From assembly GCA_047967505.1 (NCBI GenBank), contig CM106538.1: a stretch of DNA of 64,000 nucleotides; one strand, written 5' to 3'. Below are positions 26,901 to 39,007 of this stretch, piece by piece (within the stretch, counting starts at the first letter, position 1; each line of letters opens with the position of its first letter). The notes beneath the pieces are model-generated. The model saw only the letters and a program-made list of their open reading frames with translations. It ran no database searches and was not told the origin of the DNA. The DNA is from Dipteris shenzhenensis (taxonomy: Eukaryota). Position numbers and translations under genes: made by a program.

Positions 26901-28299
26901 ACATGGGCACCCAAACTACATGAGATATCTTTGGGAAGACCTCACTCCAAATGTGGCAAGCTACCCATCAATGTTTGGGAAGACTCGCTCTGAATTTGGC
27001 AACCTACCCGTCAATCTATGAGATTTCCCTAAAGATGTCTATGTGGCAAATTACCCATTTTGTGGCAAGTTACCCATCAATATTTATCAAGAAACCCAAT
27101 TAAACGAACTCACAATGGCGAATATGGAATCTCTCGCCGGGGGGGGAGGGATATAAATCATGATTGGAAATGCACATTGTGTATTGCCATAGCCCTATAA
27201 TCAAGTAATTTGATGGTGGCAATATTGCACTAGTGATAGGCTTGCCGAGTGTATTAATTACTCATTTCAAAGTAGTTAACTTGCGTGTTGAATTACCTAT
27301 GGGGATAAATTAGATGATACTAGACAAAAGATGTTGCTTAAGAGGTATCTAGTGCTTTATGAGCTTGTAAAGGCTTAAACAAATTCGGAATAGCCTACAT
27401 GATTATTTCATTTCCATATAAGTTGTTCATTTCGTAATTCTACGTACGAGATCTCAAAGGAATTCAGTATCATTATGATCTCGCTTTATGTATGTGTATC
27501 CTTGGTTGTTATGCATGTGATTGTGGAAAAACATATACAATTTCTCATTTAGTACATCCAATATGAAGTTCAAAATTAAAGTTAATGAATAAATACCTGC
27601 AAGGATACAAATGACCATAGTAAAATTTAGGCTATTACTAAACCAAGTATATCAATAGTAAAGTCTAGGACACTAGCAAAAAAACTGAGGATACTTGCAT
27701 TAAGTAAGCAAGAAGTTAAATGGTGCAAGTACATGAGAATGAAGCAATAGCAAGGATGGATTGTATAGTGTTGTAGTTATTCTTATGATCCTACAATGGA
27801 ATGATCATAACTTTTACAAACTCATGTAGGTTGTTTTTTAGTGGGCTAATGTTCATCTTGTACCTACCACTGTCAATATAAAACGTGTCATCTTCTTGTC
27901 CATTTGGAGAATTTGTAAGGTTTTTCTAGTGCTACTTCAAATTATAGTCTGGGGCCTCAAAAGTCATTTTAGATTGCATGTGATCACATCATTGTAGGGC
28001 CTAGTAGGACAACTTGCTATTGTCTCCTTGGAAGGTTTCATTTATTCACCCCTCTACCCAAGTTGTCTTTTAAGCATTAGTCCTCATTTTACCAATTTGT
28101 TTACTACTTGCTATCTAGCTATAAATTTAACCTCTCCGCTTGATTATGAATATTCTATATTTTCTTTTAGATCACTTTATAAAATCCCATTGTGCATGTA
28201 TCTGGCTTTTTCTACTGTCTATTTCCTGATCTGCACATATGTGAAGCACATTAAGTAAAGAAGTTTGTGATTCTACTCACCACACACACTGTGTAGAAC

Positions 28300-28858
28300 A
28301 TCCTATTTGAAGAATTGGATTGATAAATTGAATTAACTGTTTGCTTACCTTACTAGTTCAATTCCACGCTTGCATCCTCCACTACCAGCCTTCAACTCTG
28401 CAATGTTTTGAATCCTTTTTTTTTGTAGTCTTTCTCTTCCTTCTTACTCATCGCAACTCCGTCGTCGTATTCGAGTGCTCTTGGATTTCTCTTTGCAGTT
28501 GCTCTGTCAAAGTTGACACAATCTCCATTTGTTGAGTCTTTTCCGTACTCTCTTGCATACATAGCATCTTGTACATTTCCATATTGGATTTGTGAGCCCC
28601 AATGTATCCATACAATCCTGGGCTATTCTATCATTCTTCCGCTGTGTACCCTCTGTTGGTTGATTTCTAACCCTCCCCCTCGTTGTTGCCCCCATCCCTG
28701 AGATATCTAGGCAATGAGTTGGGATCGGGAGCAGGCTGGCTTTCTTTCTCCACTAGTCTTGGGGGGGTTTTTCCCGATCGGTGCCTTCAGATAGCCGACT
28801 AGTATGTTTGATCTTTCCAAGCATTAATAGAAATTTCCTTTTTCTGGGAAAAAAAAAG
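28300..28858 (+). mobile_element. Probable 5'-truncated non-LTR retroelement tail ending in poly(A)
   Basis: Ends TTCCAAGCATTAATAGAAATTTCCTTTTTCTGGG-A9; a related 3' end lies at 59670-59722. Confidence 0.45.
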
Positions 28859-29231
28859 TGTATACATATGTCAGGATGACATGTCTTTTTTGTGGTGACC
28901 TTCCTTTTTTGAACATATAAAATAAGCTCACATCATTATGGTTCACATTACCACTGTTTCTATCGTTAAAATTTACTTTGTCCCCCAATAAATCTCACCA
29001 CTAGTCTTGGCCAGATGTCGATGGCATTTATGTCATCTTTACAGGTTATAAAAGTTCATAACTAGCAAAAACGTCATTCATGTCTAAATATAATCAACCT
29101 AGGTTTCACTTATATGGTGCTATGAAGAATACTACAAAATATATTACTTTGAAAACGCCTGTGTCATCAGCTGCAAGCAGTAGAACTTTGGTGTAGATTA
29201 CCTGGGCTTTACGAATGACTTCACTTCACTG

Positions 29232-30197
29232 GCTCTGATACCATGTTGGAAAGCAGACCTACCCATATCTCTATCTCACAGATCAAGGTAGATAGAACAA
29301 TCACATTACATCAAACACCAACCTTCACTACAAGTCATCTAATATGGAAACTTTGCCAGGATAACACACCCAAAAACGCACTTCAATGCATGTGCACACA
29401 GTAATATAGAGAGCACTTCAGATCTGGAAAGATGACACACAATAGTACAGCCAAAGGCAGATTATATCAAGTACAAAACCTGCAACACAGTAGGCCACTA
29501 CGAGCTCTCTGATACAACCAAGTATGGTACTTCTTTGTGCAACGTTTGCTCCTCGTACTGTTGTACATCTCTCCCCCGAAACGAGCGCGTGTCTCACAGA
29601 GTTCAGTAGCTGCTCATAATTGAGCTCTTCTGCTGCCTCCTTTACATTCACTAGTGCTCTCCCACAGGCTGTGCGTCTGCACCAAAGTAGTGCCCTGGAT
29701 GCCGAGGGCATGCTGCAGGCTGAACTGCAGAAGGAACTGTAGAATCCCCCCCAAGGGCGCCCTTTTATGGGGCACAAGGCTGTCAGATCTGGCCAACCAA
29801 ACTCTCCAGATCAGCCAACCCAGCCTAAGATGGCCTACTGGGGAAGCCTGCTGCCGACAGCAGGCAGGTCTCCTTGCCTATAAATAGGCACAAGGCTAGT
29901 TGCCTTTCTGCTGTGTCTTTCTCAACTATCTGCCCACCAGAGGAGCTCATTGCTGGGGATATGCCAGCCCTACCGCTAGCCCCAAATCAGGTCAAGATGC
30001 ACAGCAGCCCACATGGCTGCCCTTCTGCCAGCCCTACAGTCTGTCTGTGCTGCCCATGTGGCAGTGCTCTTTTCTTCTCTAGGATCATCCCATGTGGCAG
30101 TCCTCTCCTCTGCCCTTCCCCTATAGATGTCAAGCCCCTTTGTCCTCCTCATTTGGGGGCTCACAGGTGGGACACTGTACCTCATATTCGGACAACA
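29232..30197 (-). mobile_element. ~950-bp LTR with intact iMet PBS; internal region absent
   Basis: Minus strand TGTTGTCC (30197) to TTCCAACA (29244), then perfect TGGTATCAGAGC (29243-29232). Confidence 0.8.
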
Positions 30198-31205
30198 TAG
30201 TCACATGAACTTCTAGAAAGGTTGCATACAGTATACATTTTTAGCTGTACATGTTTTTAAAATAAAATTTCAAACTTTTCAATGGCCTGTCTAATTGAGC
30301 AGCTGGCCCCAAATTAATCCTAGCTAGGCCAATCTATGTGCAGGGACTGCACCCAAAGATTGTAGAATACAGCTCAAAATTTTCTAGCATTCTTTATCCG
30401 AATTATTACACACAGATTGCCAATAAGGATCCCTATTGGTATCTGGATTTTGAAGACCACCTAATTAGTGCCTGAATTACATTATACAGAACAAAAGAGA
30501 CTAAAAGTGAATTTATGTTGTTTTATGCGTAATCAATCTTTAGAACCATTAAATCGGCCAGCTAAAATACTTTAGTTGAAGTGTAAGTGCCAAGGTGTGG
30601 TTTGGACCCTTTCTCCATTGAAATGAAACTTGGCCACCATTGAGAATAATAAAGGATAGCATACTATCAAATGCAAAGTTCTATTATCTATACATAAGCT
30701 TCCAATGAAAATGAACAAAAGTTTCCATTACAATATACAAGTACTCAAAGTGGGTCTTTTATATCACAACTTGTTACAAGCCAACATTCTCTAGAGGAAG
30801 AGGGTTGTGGTTCTTGATCCGTAGGTTGACCATATGGCTAGATCATCATAATAGGATGTCAAGGCTAACCATACAATTGGAACAGCATAACAGAAGGTCA
30901 AAACGGTACATAAAGGGTGGACCACTTGTCCAGGGCAGATTAAGCGTGGAGGACATAGGCAATCTTGTCTCAATTTCCTTTTATCTGTAGCGGGACTCTG
31001 TCCTGATCTAGCTGTGGGCTGTAGTCTGATTAGAAAAACAGCTCATTTAAAAGAAAAGGATATGGAAAAATTTTCTAGTCATAACACCTATGAACCAAGA
31101 AAGCATTTGACATGCATACCATTGACTGCTACAACAACAATCTCTTAGCAGCAACCTTTCTGAAATCCAAATACATGCCAATATTCTCTTGTACTAAGGA
31201 GCAAA

Positions 31206-31403
31206 CTAAATTTCTCTGTTTACACCTTTTACTTCTTCATAACGGGAAGCTGCTCGTTTGTTTACTATAAAATTGCATCTATAGCAAGGAATTTCCTTAG
31301 GAGAGGAAAATTGGGATTGCTTAACAAGAAGACATCGCACTCTGGAATTATCAATGCCCGTTGAAAGGCCACACATACTGCATAACTCTTCCAAGTCCCC
31401 TTC
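31206..31403 (-). CDS. SAC3C: SAC3/GANP-family protein (SAC3C-like), last coding exon
   Basis: tgtgcag|GAA acceptor; EGDLEELCSMCGLSTG...LLVKQSQF...REI*; recalled similarity to the Arabidopsis SAC3C C-terminus. Confidence 0.85.
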   Translation of the reverse strand, partial: EGDLEELCSMCGLSTGIDNSRVRCLLVKQSQFSSPKEIPCYRCNFIVNKRAASRYEEVKGVNREI

Positions 31404-32143
31404 CTGCACAAGGAGGAGGGAGGAAAAGTCAATCAAAGCTCGACTCAAAACAAACTTCATATATCTCACTACAAGAATATGCAAGGCAACACTGCACTTT
31501 ATTTTCAGTGTCGTAAGACATTATATCCACAAGGTATTCAAACGAGCAGCCAGCACTAAAACCAAACTTGTCAAGATGCAAGAGAGTGCACTAGATTAGC
31601 AATACTCATGAAGTACATATGACTAAGTGCATTGGCACAAGAAAGTATATGAATTGACATTGTACTCAAAGCTAGAAGGCTAGATCTCTCCCCTCCCTTC
31701 CACATCATGAGCAAGTGTTTAGCTACAAGAAAGCATGAGAACTGAAATTGTTTGCACACGAACAACAAAACATTCCTCCCTTCACCGCAGCCCCATTTTT
31801 CACACAAGTATCATGACCCCAGACCCATTTTCTACAATTAGGATGCAAGATCGCAGCCACATGATGTGACCCACAATCCTGACCACCTCAAAACATGCAT
31901 TTACTTCATATGGATGAAAGCAGATTTATAACTTGATGCACAAAAGATGTGATCAGCTGTCTTATTCAGGGCAATAAAATTGTGTAAGGACAGGATTGAC
32001 AATACAAAGGCAAGGGGTAACACCGGATCTAATTTTTTAGTTAGAAATTGTCCCAATGACATGTAAAAAGTACATCACTCAAAAGTGACAATATTGTAGA
32101 AGATAAAAATAAGGGGCACAAAAGGGATCTAAAAGTGACATGC

Positions 32144-32236
32144 CTTCATCAAAAGTAGCTTTGCAATGTCTGCTAGTGAAATAGGGTGAAGCTTATAACC
32201 CCCTTGGTTCATAGCTGCCAAGGCATTCAAACGGAC
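32144..32236 (-). CDS. SAC3C: SAC3C-like exon (93 bp) with GC donor
   Basis: acag|GTC acceptor; VRLNALAAMNQGGYKLHPISLADIAKLLLMK; ends AAG|gcatgt in phase 0 with the next exon. Confidence 0.85.
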
Positions 32237-32357
32237 CTGTATTGCAAATGCCATCAACAAGGAAATAATTGTAAGTCATTATAGTTTTGAAAGCAAATGT
32301 CTTTTATTTTTGTATTGCCGAGTGTCACATCATCATACCAACCTTGCAAAGTCATAC

Positions 32358-32451
32358 CTCATTAAAGTGAAGCTCCATAAGGCAGCCTTGTAAGAAAGTT
32401 GCGCCGAATGTTAGACTAAAAAAGGTCTTAAAATTGCCCGTACGGTAGCAT
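32358..32451 (-). CDS. SAC3C: SAC3C-like exon (94 bp)
   Basis: tgtag|A acceptor completes the AG+A Arg codon from exon 60186; CYRTGNFKTFFSLTFGATFLQGCLMELHFNE|gtatg. Confidence 0.88.
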
Positions 32452-32889
32452 CTACAAAACTTTACACACATTAGGTGTTGGCATTTCAAGTGCTTTAAAC
32501 ATGTAGGATGAAAGCATGATAATTCAGAAGACAAACAAGCACAAATTCTGCATGCATCCATAATCTTAAATTCTAAGAAATTTGAAAGTACTAACGACAC
32601 GGTTAGGCACAACACATGGACATGCTTGCTTGAAACTATTGGATCAAAACCACCACCTTAACAAAGGTGGAGTAAGGAGAGGAGCGAGCAGAAAAGGAGA
32701 AGAGAGAACAGCACTGAATGACCGATTGTACACTCAATTAGTGGTAAAGAATGAAGATATACATACCCATTCAGAATTACAATTAGGATTTCTAACCCTT
32801 TGCTTTTTTAGCACTCTTTTTATGTTAGTGCATATTCATAAATGCACCTTCTCTCAAGATCAACATCATGAAGTAGGCCTCCCCTCAAT

Positions 32890-33975
32890 ATAATGATTCC
32901 AGGGTTTGAAGAAGCATTAAGAATTACTGTTGCAATAGGGTTGGTCACCTCCCCATCTGTAGACTGTAAGCCCCCCTATGAGGAGAGCAAAGGGGGGGTG
33001 AACCATAGGGTGACACATGGGCAGCACTTTGACTGCCATGTGGGCAGCATGCTCACAGGCAAAAAACAGATCATGGGGCTGCCACATGGGCAGCAAACAG
33101 GCTGCCATGTGGGAAGCACAAAGAGAGGAGTACCTGGCAGATGGAGCTCCTGGAGGGCATATCTGGCATGGAATTGCCACGTGTCTGCCAATGACTGGAG
33201 GGATCTTAACTGCACAGGGAATCCAGCCAGAAACAAGGCGATAACCTGGCAGCAGCTGTGCAGAGGCTGTCAGCAGGCAGTACAGAGAAGTTTGGAAAGG
33301 CTCCAGGGCCTGGAAGAGGCCTGAACAGGTGCGGAACAGATGCAGCAGGGATTGCACAGGTTTGGAGAGCCAAAAGGCCCTGGATCAGGTCGGGGTAGGG
33401 GCTGCAGGGACTGGCTAGTGGTTGCCTGCCACGTGGCCAGGCAGGGCCAGCCCTACATCAGTTTATGTGCCCCACCACGGGGGATTTACAGAATACCAGG
33501 GAGGCTGTTGGGTTGCCCCAAATCCCCCTACCGGGTCACTTGACTTGGGGGCATCCCAGCCCCTGTGGAAGGAGGCCATTGGGGGCCGGGGCCTCACTTT
33601 ACATCTAGTCAGGCAGAACTTCAAGGAGCAGAAAGGAGCAGCACCATTGATGCCTACATCCAGGAGGTTAATTGGAGGCTGAAGAGCTGCAGACTTAGCT
33701 CAGCAAGGGACTGTACCCTTGGCTGTCTTCTAGGGCAGCAAGGAGCAGGGATCACGGCATGGTGCCTAAGGTCTACAGAAGCTCATTGAGGAGCACGCGG
33801 ACTCAGGGATCTAGACGTGCCAGGGAGGTAGTAGGACAACACTTTTTTGGGTAAGGACACAGGACCACTCTGGACTTCTTTTGTATCGTGTCTTGTCGGA
33901 CGGAAATATATTTTGGTTCATTCTATGTCTCTTGTGGAGCGTTGTCTACTTATTGGCTTGTGCACGCACGCACAC
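32890..33975 (+). mobile_element. LTR-like sequence related to the 29244-30197 LTR, opposite orientation, cut by a LINE
   Basis: Shares GACTGCCATGTGGGCAGC and CTGTAAGCCCCC-type blocks with the reverse complement of 30000-30180; ends not defined. Confidence 0.5.
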
Positions 33976-34704
33976 TTTTTTTTTATAGTGAAAGCTTTGA
34001 TTGATTATATTACAAGAATAGTCACCTCAGAAAAGAGGCGCTAGAAAATACATCAATTGAAGATCTCAGTATAAGCCAAATATACATCCTGATCTATCTA
34101 GCGAATCTGCAAGCAATCAAAGAAAGATTTCTGCAGAGAACGCTTAAAAAAAGCAAATAAAGAAAAATTGGGATCACTAAAGACTTTACCATTGCGGTCT
34201 GTCCATAAAGTCCTAAGTGCCCAATAATGAGCCCAAATAAAGAAAAGATGAAACTCCAGTCGCTGTGTGAATGAAAACCAAAGAGCTAGAAAAATTTCCC
34301 AAAGAGAAGAGTCGGGAATCTCGCTCGTAGCCTCTATCGAAGAGAATCCAGAAATTGTCGAGAAGACGGGCAATGCCAGAATAAATGAGGCACAGTCTCC
34401 TGAGAAATCAGACACCGATGACATAGAGTAGGAGCAATGTGCCTACGGGCCAGCAAATGTCCAGATGGAAAAATTCCCAGAAGCACTCGCCATAAAAAAA
34501 CATGTTGCCAAAGTGGAATCTTGTACGCCCAAAGTTGCCGCAGTCTTTTTCTCCACCACTTAATTGGCCGATGCATTCGCCAAATAGAATTACCCCTTTC
34601 TGAAACCCAGGGTTGAGGCAAAAGGATTTTTTTTTTTTTTCATGAAAAAGACTTCTATTAAGTAAGAACAAAAACCCGCGAGAGCAAGCTCAAAGCGGAA
34701 TACA

Positions 34705-37700
34705 TCATGAAATCATGAGGATAATAAAAAACCCCCTCAGAGTGAGGTGGAAAGAAATGAAGAAAGAAGCCCTCCTAGCTGAGGCTGCACGGGAGTCCCC
34801 CTGCATACCCGTCCATACGGCCATCAGAGTGTGTACGATGTCTGTCCAGATACTAGCCAATGTGTGCGAGGGATGAACCTGAGTACCCTCCATAGCCTCT
34901 GTGCATCTGGATCTCCAGATATGCCAGGCTGCTATGCTCGCTATAATCTCCCAAGAAGTATCCACAGAGGCATGTACAGCTGTAAAAGGACGGTGTGGAA
35001 CCACATCCAACGAGCAGAGCTCAACCCGATGACGTCGAACCGAAATGGCCCGGGAGGAGTCAAGTCCCTCATAGAAAACCTGAGGTCCTGTAAGAGAAAG
35101 CCAAGCCACCGAGCCCCAAGTCATAAAGAGTGGGGAATGGGCAAAGTGACTGAAGATCCTGGCTATCCCCATCCAAATCAATCTCGCCTGTCTGCAATCC
35201 CATAAGCAATGCTGAATAGACTCCGAAGCAGAAAGGCAACGAGGGCAAGTAGGGTCGGCTCCGAATCTGGACCTCCAAAGGTTCACTGCAATCCCTCCAT
35301 GAATAGAAAGCCAAAAGAAGATAGTGATCTTTCTATTCCTGTGGGATTTCTAGAGCCTCCTCCAGAAGTACCTCTGCTGATCCGCAGTAATACCAAAAGT
35401 CTCCCAATGAGGAACTCTGGAGGGTCTCCAGCCTCTACTACTGAGCTGAAATCTCCTGGCATTACTGACCGTGTAACGAAAGAAGGGGATGGTCTTCTCT
35501 CGATGCCCCGCGTCAATCCACTCCCACTCTCCGGGGTCCCACTGTAAATACCTGATGGGAACTCCTATAGAGCCAAAGTCTCCAAGACCCGGTGGAGAGT
35601 AACTGGGGGTCAGGGTCTAAGAACCACTCTGAATCTGATCCCTGCATCAAAAGGCCTACGACCCTGATAGGCTGAAAAGCAGACTCAAGCAATATATCAT
35701 CTGAAGATCTGAGCAATCTGCCACCATCCTGGACACTGAAAACCAAAGCATCCTCCTGTGCATCTCGAAAGGCTAAGACCTGAAGTGGAACCCCGCCTCT
35801 CGAGAAAGTACCTGCCCAAGTGGAGGTAGTGAGAGGCATATCATCTGTGTCTATCCAAGCCTCTGGAAGGGCTGTCTCAATCTGCAAGATCCTCCCTGCA
35901 CTCCCTCTGAGATGTCCTGTCAACCTTGACTTGGTTTCCTCTGGAAGCCTACGGAAGGCTTTCCAAGATCCTAAAGAAGAAGCAGGTCCCCTCTCCCACC
36001 TGGCCCACTGCATGTAGAGTGAGGCACCCAGTGGTCTGCCACGATCATCTAAAATACTGTCGTTCCACATGATGGGCTGCCTATCAATCTCTTCCCGGGA
36101 GGAAGGAGGAATCCTCCGAAGAGAGCTTCTGAAACTAGCCCAAGCTTTCAGAATGGCAACCATGAGAGGGGAAGAAGGTGATCTGAGGTGTGCTGAGGTG
36201 AAGATCCATCTAACACTGCTCATCCAGTCTCCTCCTGAGGAAGGTGTGCACCTCTGTATGCTGCTGATAAGAAAGTCCTTCCACGGTTCCTGTCCTGGCA
36301 AAAGTCCTCGCACCACTATCTTGCAAAGTAAGGCTCTGCACTGTAAATCTGGATCAATAATATTGAGACCCCCATCCTGTGTAGGGAGGATGAGGGTCTC
36401 CCAAGCCACTCTGGCTAAGGCATCTGCTGTGCCATCAAGCCCACTCCAGAGAAAGTTCCTGATCGGTCTTCTTAGCTGAATGATGCAGTCCCTAGAACGG
36501 CACCAACATGAACAAATAAACCAGGCCGTGGCCAAGAGGACCTGGTTGACCACCACAACTCTAGAGGCAAGATCCAGCTTGGCTGAGCTCCAAAAGAGAA
36601 GCTTCCTTCTGATGCTCTCCAACACGGGAGCAAACTGCTGCGTGGTAGAAATACCCAAGCCGACCTGGCAGCCCAAATACCTGATAGGCACACCCCTCTG
36701 AACCCAAGTGAACCCTATGTCAAGTCCCCAAACTGGAGTGTCCTCATCACTGATCCAAAAGCCATTGGATTTATGCCAATTTATCTGCGCCCCTGCCGCC
36801 AAGCAAAATAAATCCAAAGCTGTCCTGAAAGAAGTCAATGTCTGTGGAGAGGCATCCAAATAAATCGTTGTGTCATCAGCCAACTCACTGTCAAGCAGCT
36901 CCTCTTCTCTTCTGATAGAAAGTCTCAGCCCAAAGATGTCAGCTTGAGATCTAACATAGATGCTCATAGCTTCGGCCACGAATAAAAAAAGGAAAGGAGC
37001 AAGGGGGCATCCCTGACGGACTGATCTCGAAATCTGAAATCTCTCACCCCTTACCCCACCAATAAGTACCTGGCTATGGGCTGATCTGTACAAAGAGGAA
37101 ACACCTCTGATCCAAACGTCAGTGAATCCAAAGCGTAGAAGGGTGCCCTCCAAAAAACTCCAATCTACTCTGTCATAAGCTTTTTCAAAATCCAACAGTA
37201 GAATGGCAAGATTCTGGCCACTCTGCATGGCCCACTCTGAAGCTTCCCAGAAAGAAAAAATGTTATAAAAAATACATCTGCCATGCACAAATCCCGTCTG
37301 AGTGTCGTGGATAAGATCAGGGAGAAGTGGCTGCAATCGGAGGCTGATAGCCTTGGCCAGAATCTTGTAACAAGTCCCCAGAAGTGTGATAGGCCTCCAC
37401 TGGGACAATAAATTTCTGCTACCTCCTTTTGGGATAAGGTGGATGAGGCCCTCTGTAAGCGATTCAGGCATCTCGCCAGAGTCCCAAATGGCCTGCATGC
37501 CTGAAGTAATATAGTCTCCAATCATATCCCAAAATGCAATGAAAAAAGACGGGGTAAGGCCATCTAAACCTGGGCACTTGCCCTTGTGAAGGGCTGAAAG
37601 TGCAGTCCTGAACTCTGTGTTGGTGAAAGGTGCGTCAAGTAGAACATGCATATCCGGATTCACCAACACTGGGATACTCTGCCAAATAGCCTGTCTAGCA

Positions 37701-39007
37701 TCCTCTATATCGTGTGTCTCAGGATCAGCAGTAAGGAGGGTGGCATAGAAATCTGAAGCTATGCGTAAGACGTCATTTGGCTCTGTCTGTAAAACCCCAT
37801 GTGAGTCAATAAGCTGAGATACACTCTCTCTACTATGTCTAGGGCCAAGAGTAGAGAAAAAGTGTTTATTGACTCTACCACCCATCTGAATCCAGAAGGA
37901 CTCCCGTGCATGAAAGGCATACTCTGCTCTCTGATCAAGCAATAACTGCAGATGAGCCCTCGCTGCAGCAAGGCGCTCCTGAATCCAAGCATCTGAAGGC
38001 CGTTTCTGCTCTTCCCTCTGCAAAGCTGCTAACTGCTGGCGAACACCAATCTCACGTCTGAGAATATCTCGTCTCCTGGTAGAAGCAACTGAGCAGTAAA
38101 AGTCGCTAATACCAGAGAGGGCAGCGGCTAAATGTGAAGGATGTGGCTGCCCTCCCTGGACATGAGCAAACCATATCCGTAGGGCTGCCTCTGTAAGGTC
38201 CTCCTCTGTGTAAAAGGCATCTGGAATCCTGATGCTGGCAGATCGGCCTCTCAAGTGAGGCTCTGAGATAGCCAGAACAACAGGGAAATGGTCTGAGGTG
38301 GAAACCCCCGCAGCAATGCATACCGATCCACCTCTGTCTAGTGCCCAGTCATCTACATAAAATCTGTCAATGCGTGCATGAATAGGCATCTGTTGCCTCC
38401 TGTTCGACCAAGAGAACAGGAGGGACTGTGGCTGAATAAGAAAGGCATCATCACACCAAATATCTCTGCCACAGAAATGGAAAAGGAAGGCATCCCAAGC
38501 TGCTCTCTCCAAAGAGTGAAGTCCGCCTTCTCTACCCCCTTTTTTGTCTGAAGGTAACTCGACCATGTTAAAGTCACCTCCAATCACCCAAGAATCCACA
38601 ATGGGGGCCCGGGAGAGCAAAGTCTTCCACATAAGGACACGTTCCCCTCTAATGTTGGAGGCATATAGGTTGAGGAAGCCAACCTTACGCCCTCCAATCA
38701 AAAGAATAATCCACTGAGCTCTAGAGGGGATAATGACTCCGTGCCCAACAACTAAGGGGAGAACCGACTGCGAAACTGAAATAGAAGTGCCACCCCTAGT
38801 GCCCAATGCAGGCGACCAAAAAGTATGTCCTGAAAGCAACTTGCCTGACTTGGCACAATCTCTATAATCCAGCTTGTGCTCTTGAATAAATAATATATCA
38901 ATGGGACCCCCAGTAACACCTGGATGAAGCTGATCCCGGATCAGCTGTCTACGGCGGCGATGTGGGACGCCACCTAGGCCCTGTATGTTCCAACTGATAA
39001 TCCTCAT
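34705..39007 (-). pseudogene. LINE ORF2 (APE endonuclease, RT, C-terminal zinc finger); frameshift ~35565 and stop ~35350
   Basis: SWNIQG, QE, GDFN and SDH endonuclease motifs; WRPITL, DFEKAYD, RQGCPL and LADD RT motifs; CPRC...HCLWDC in the downstream frame. Confidence 0.95.

Noticed and set aside
29195-29206. Strong splice donor CAG|GTAATC just after the PBS
   Set aside because: No downstream exon or ORF identified to support an LTR-driven transcript.
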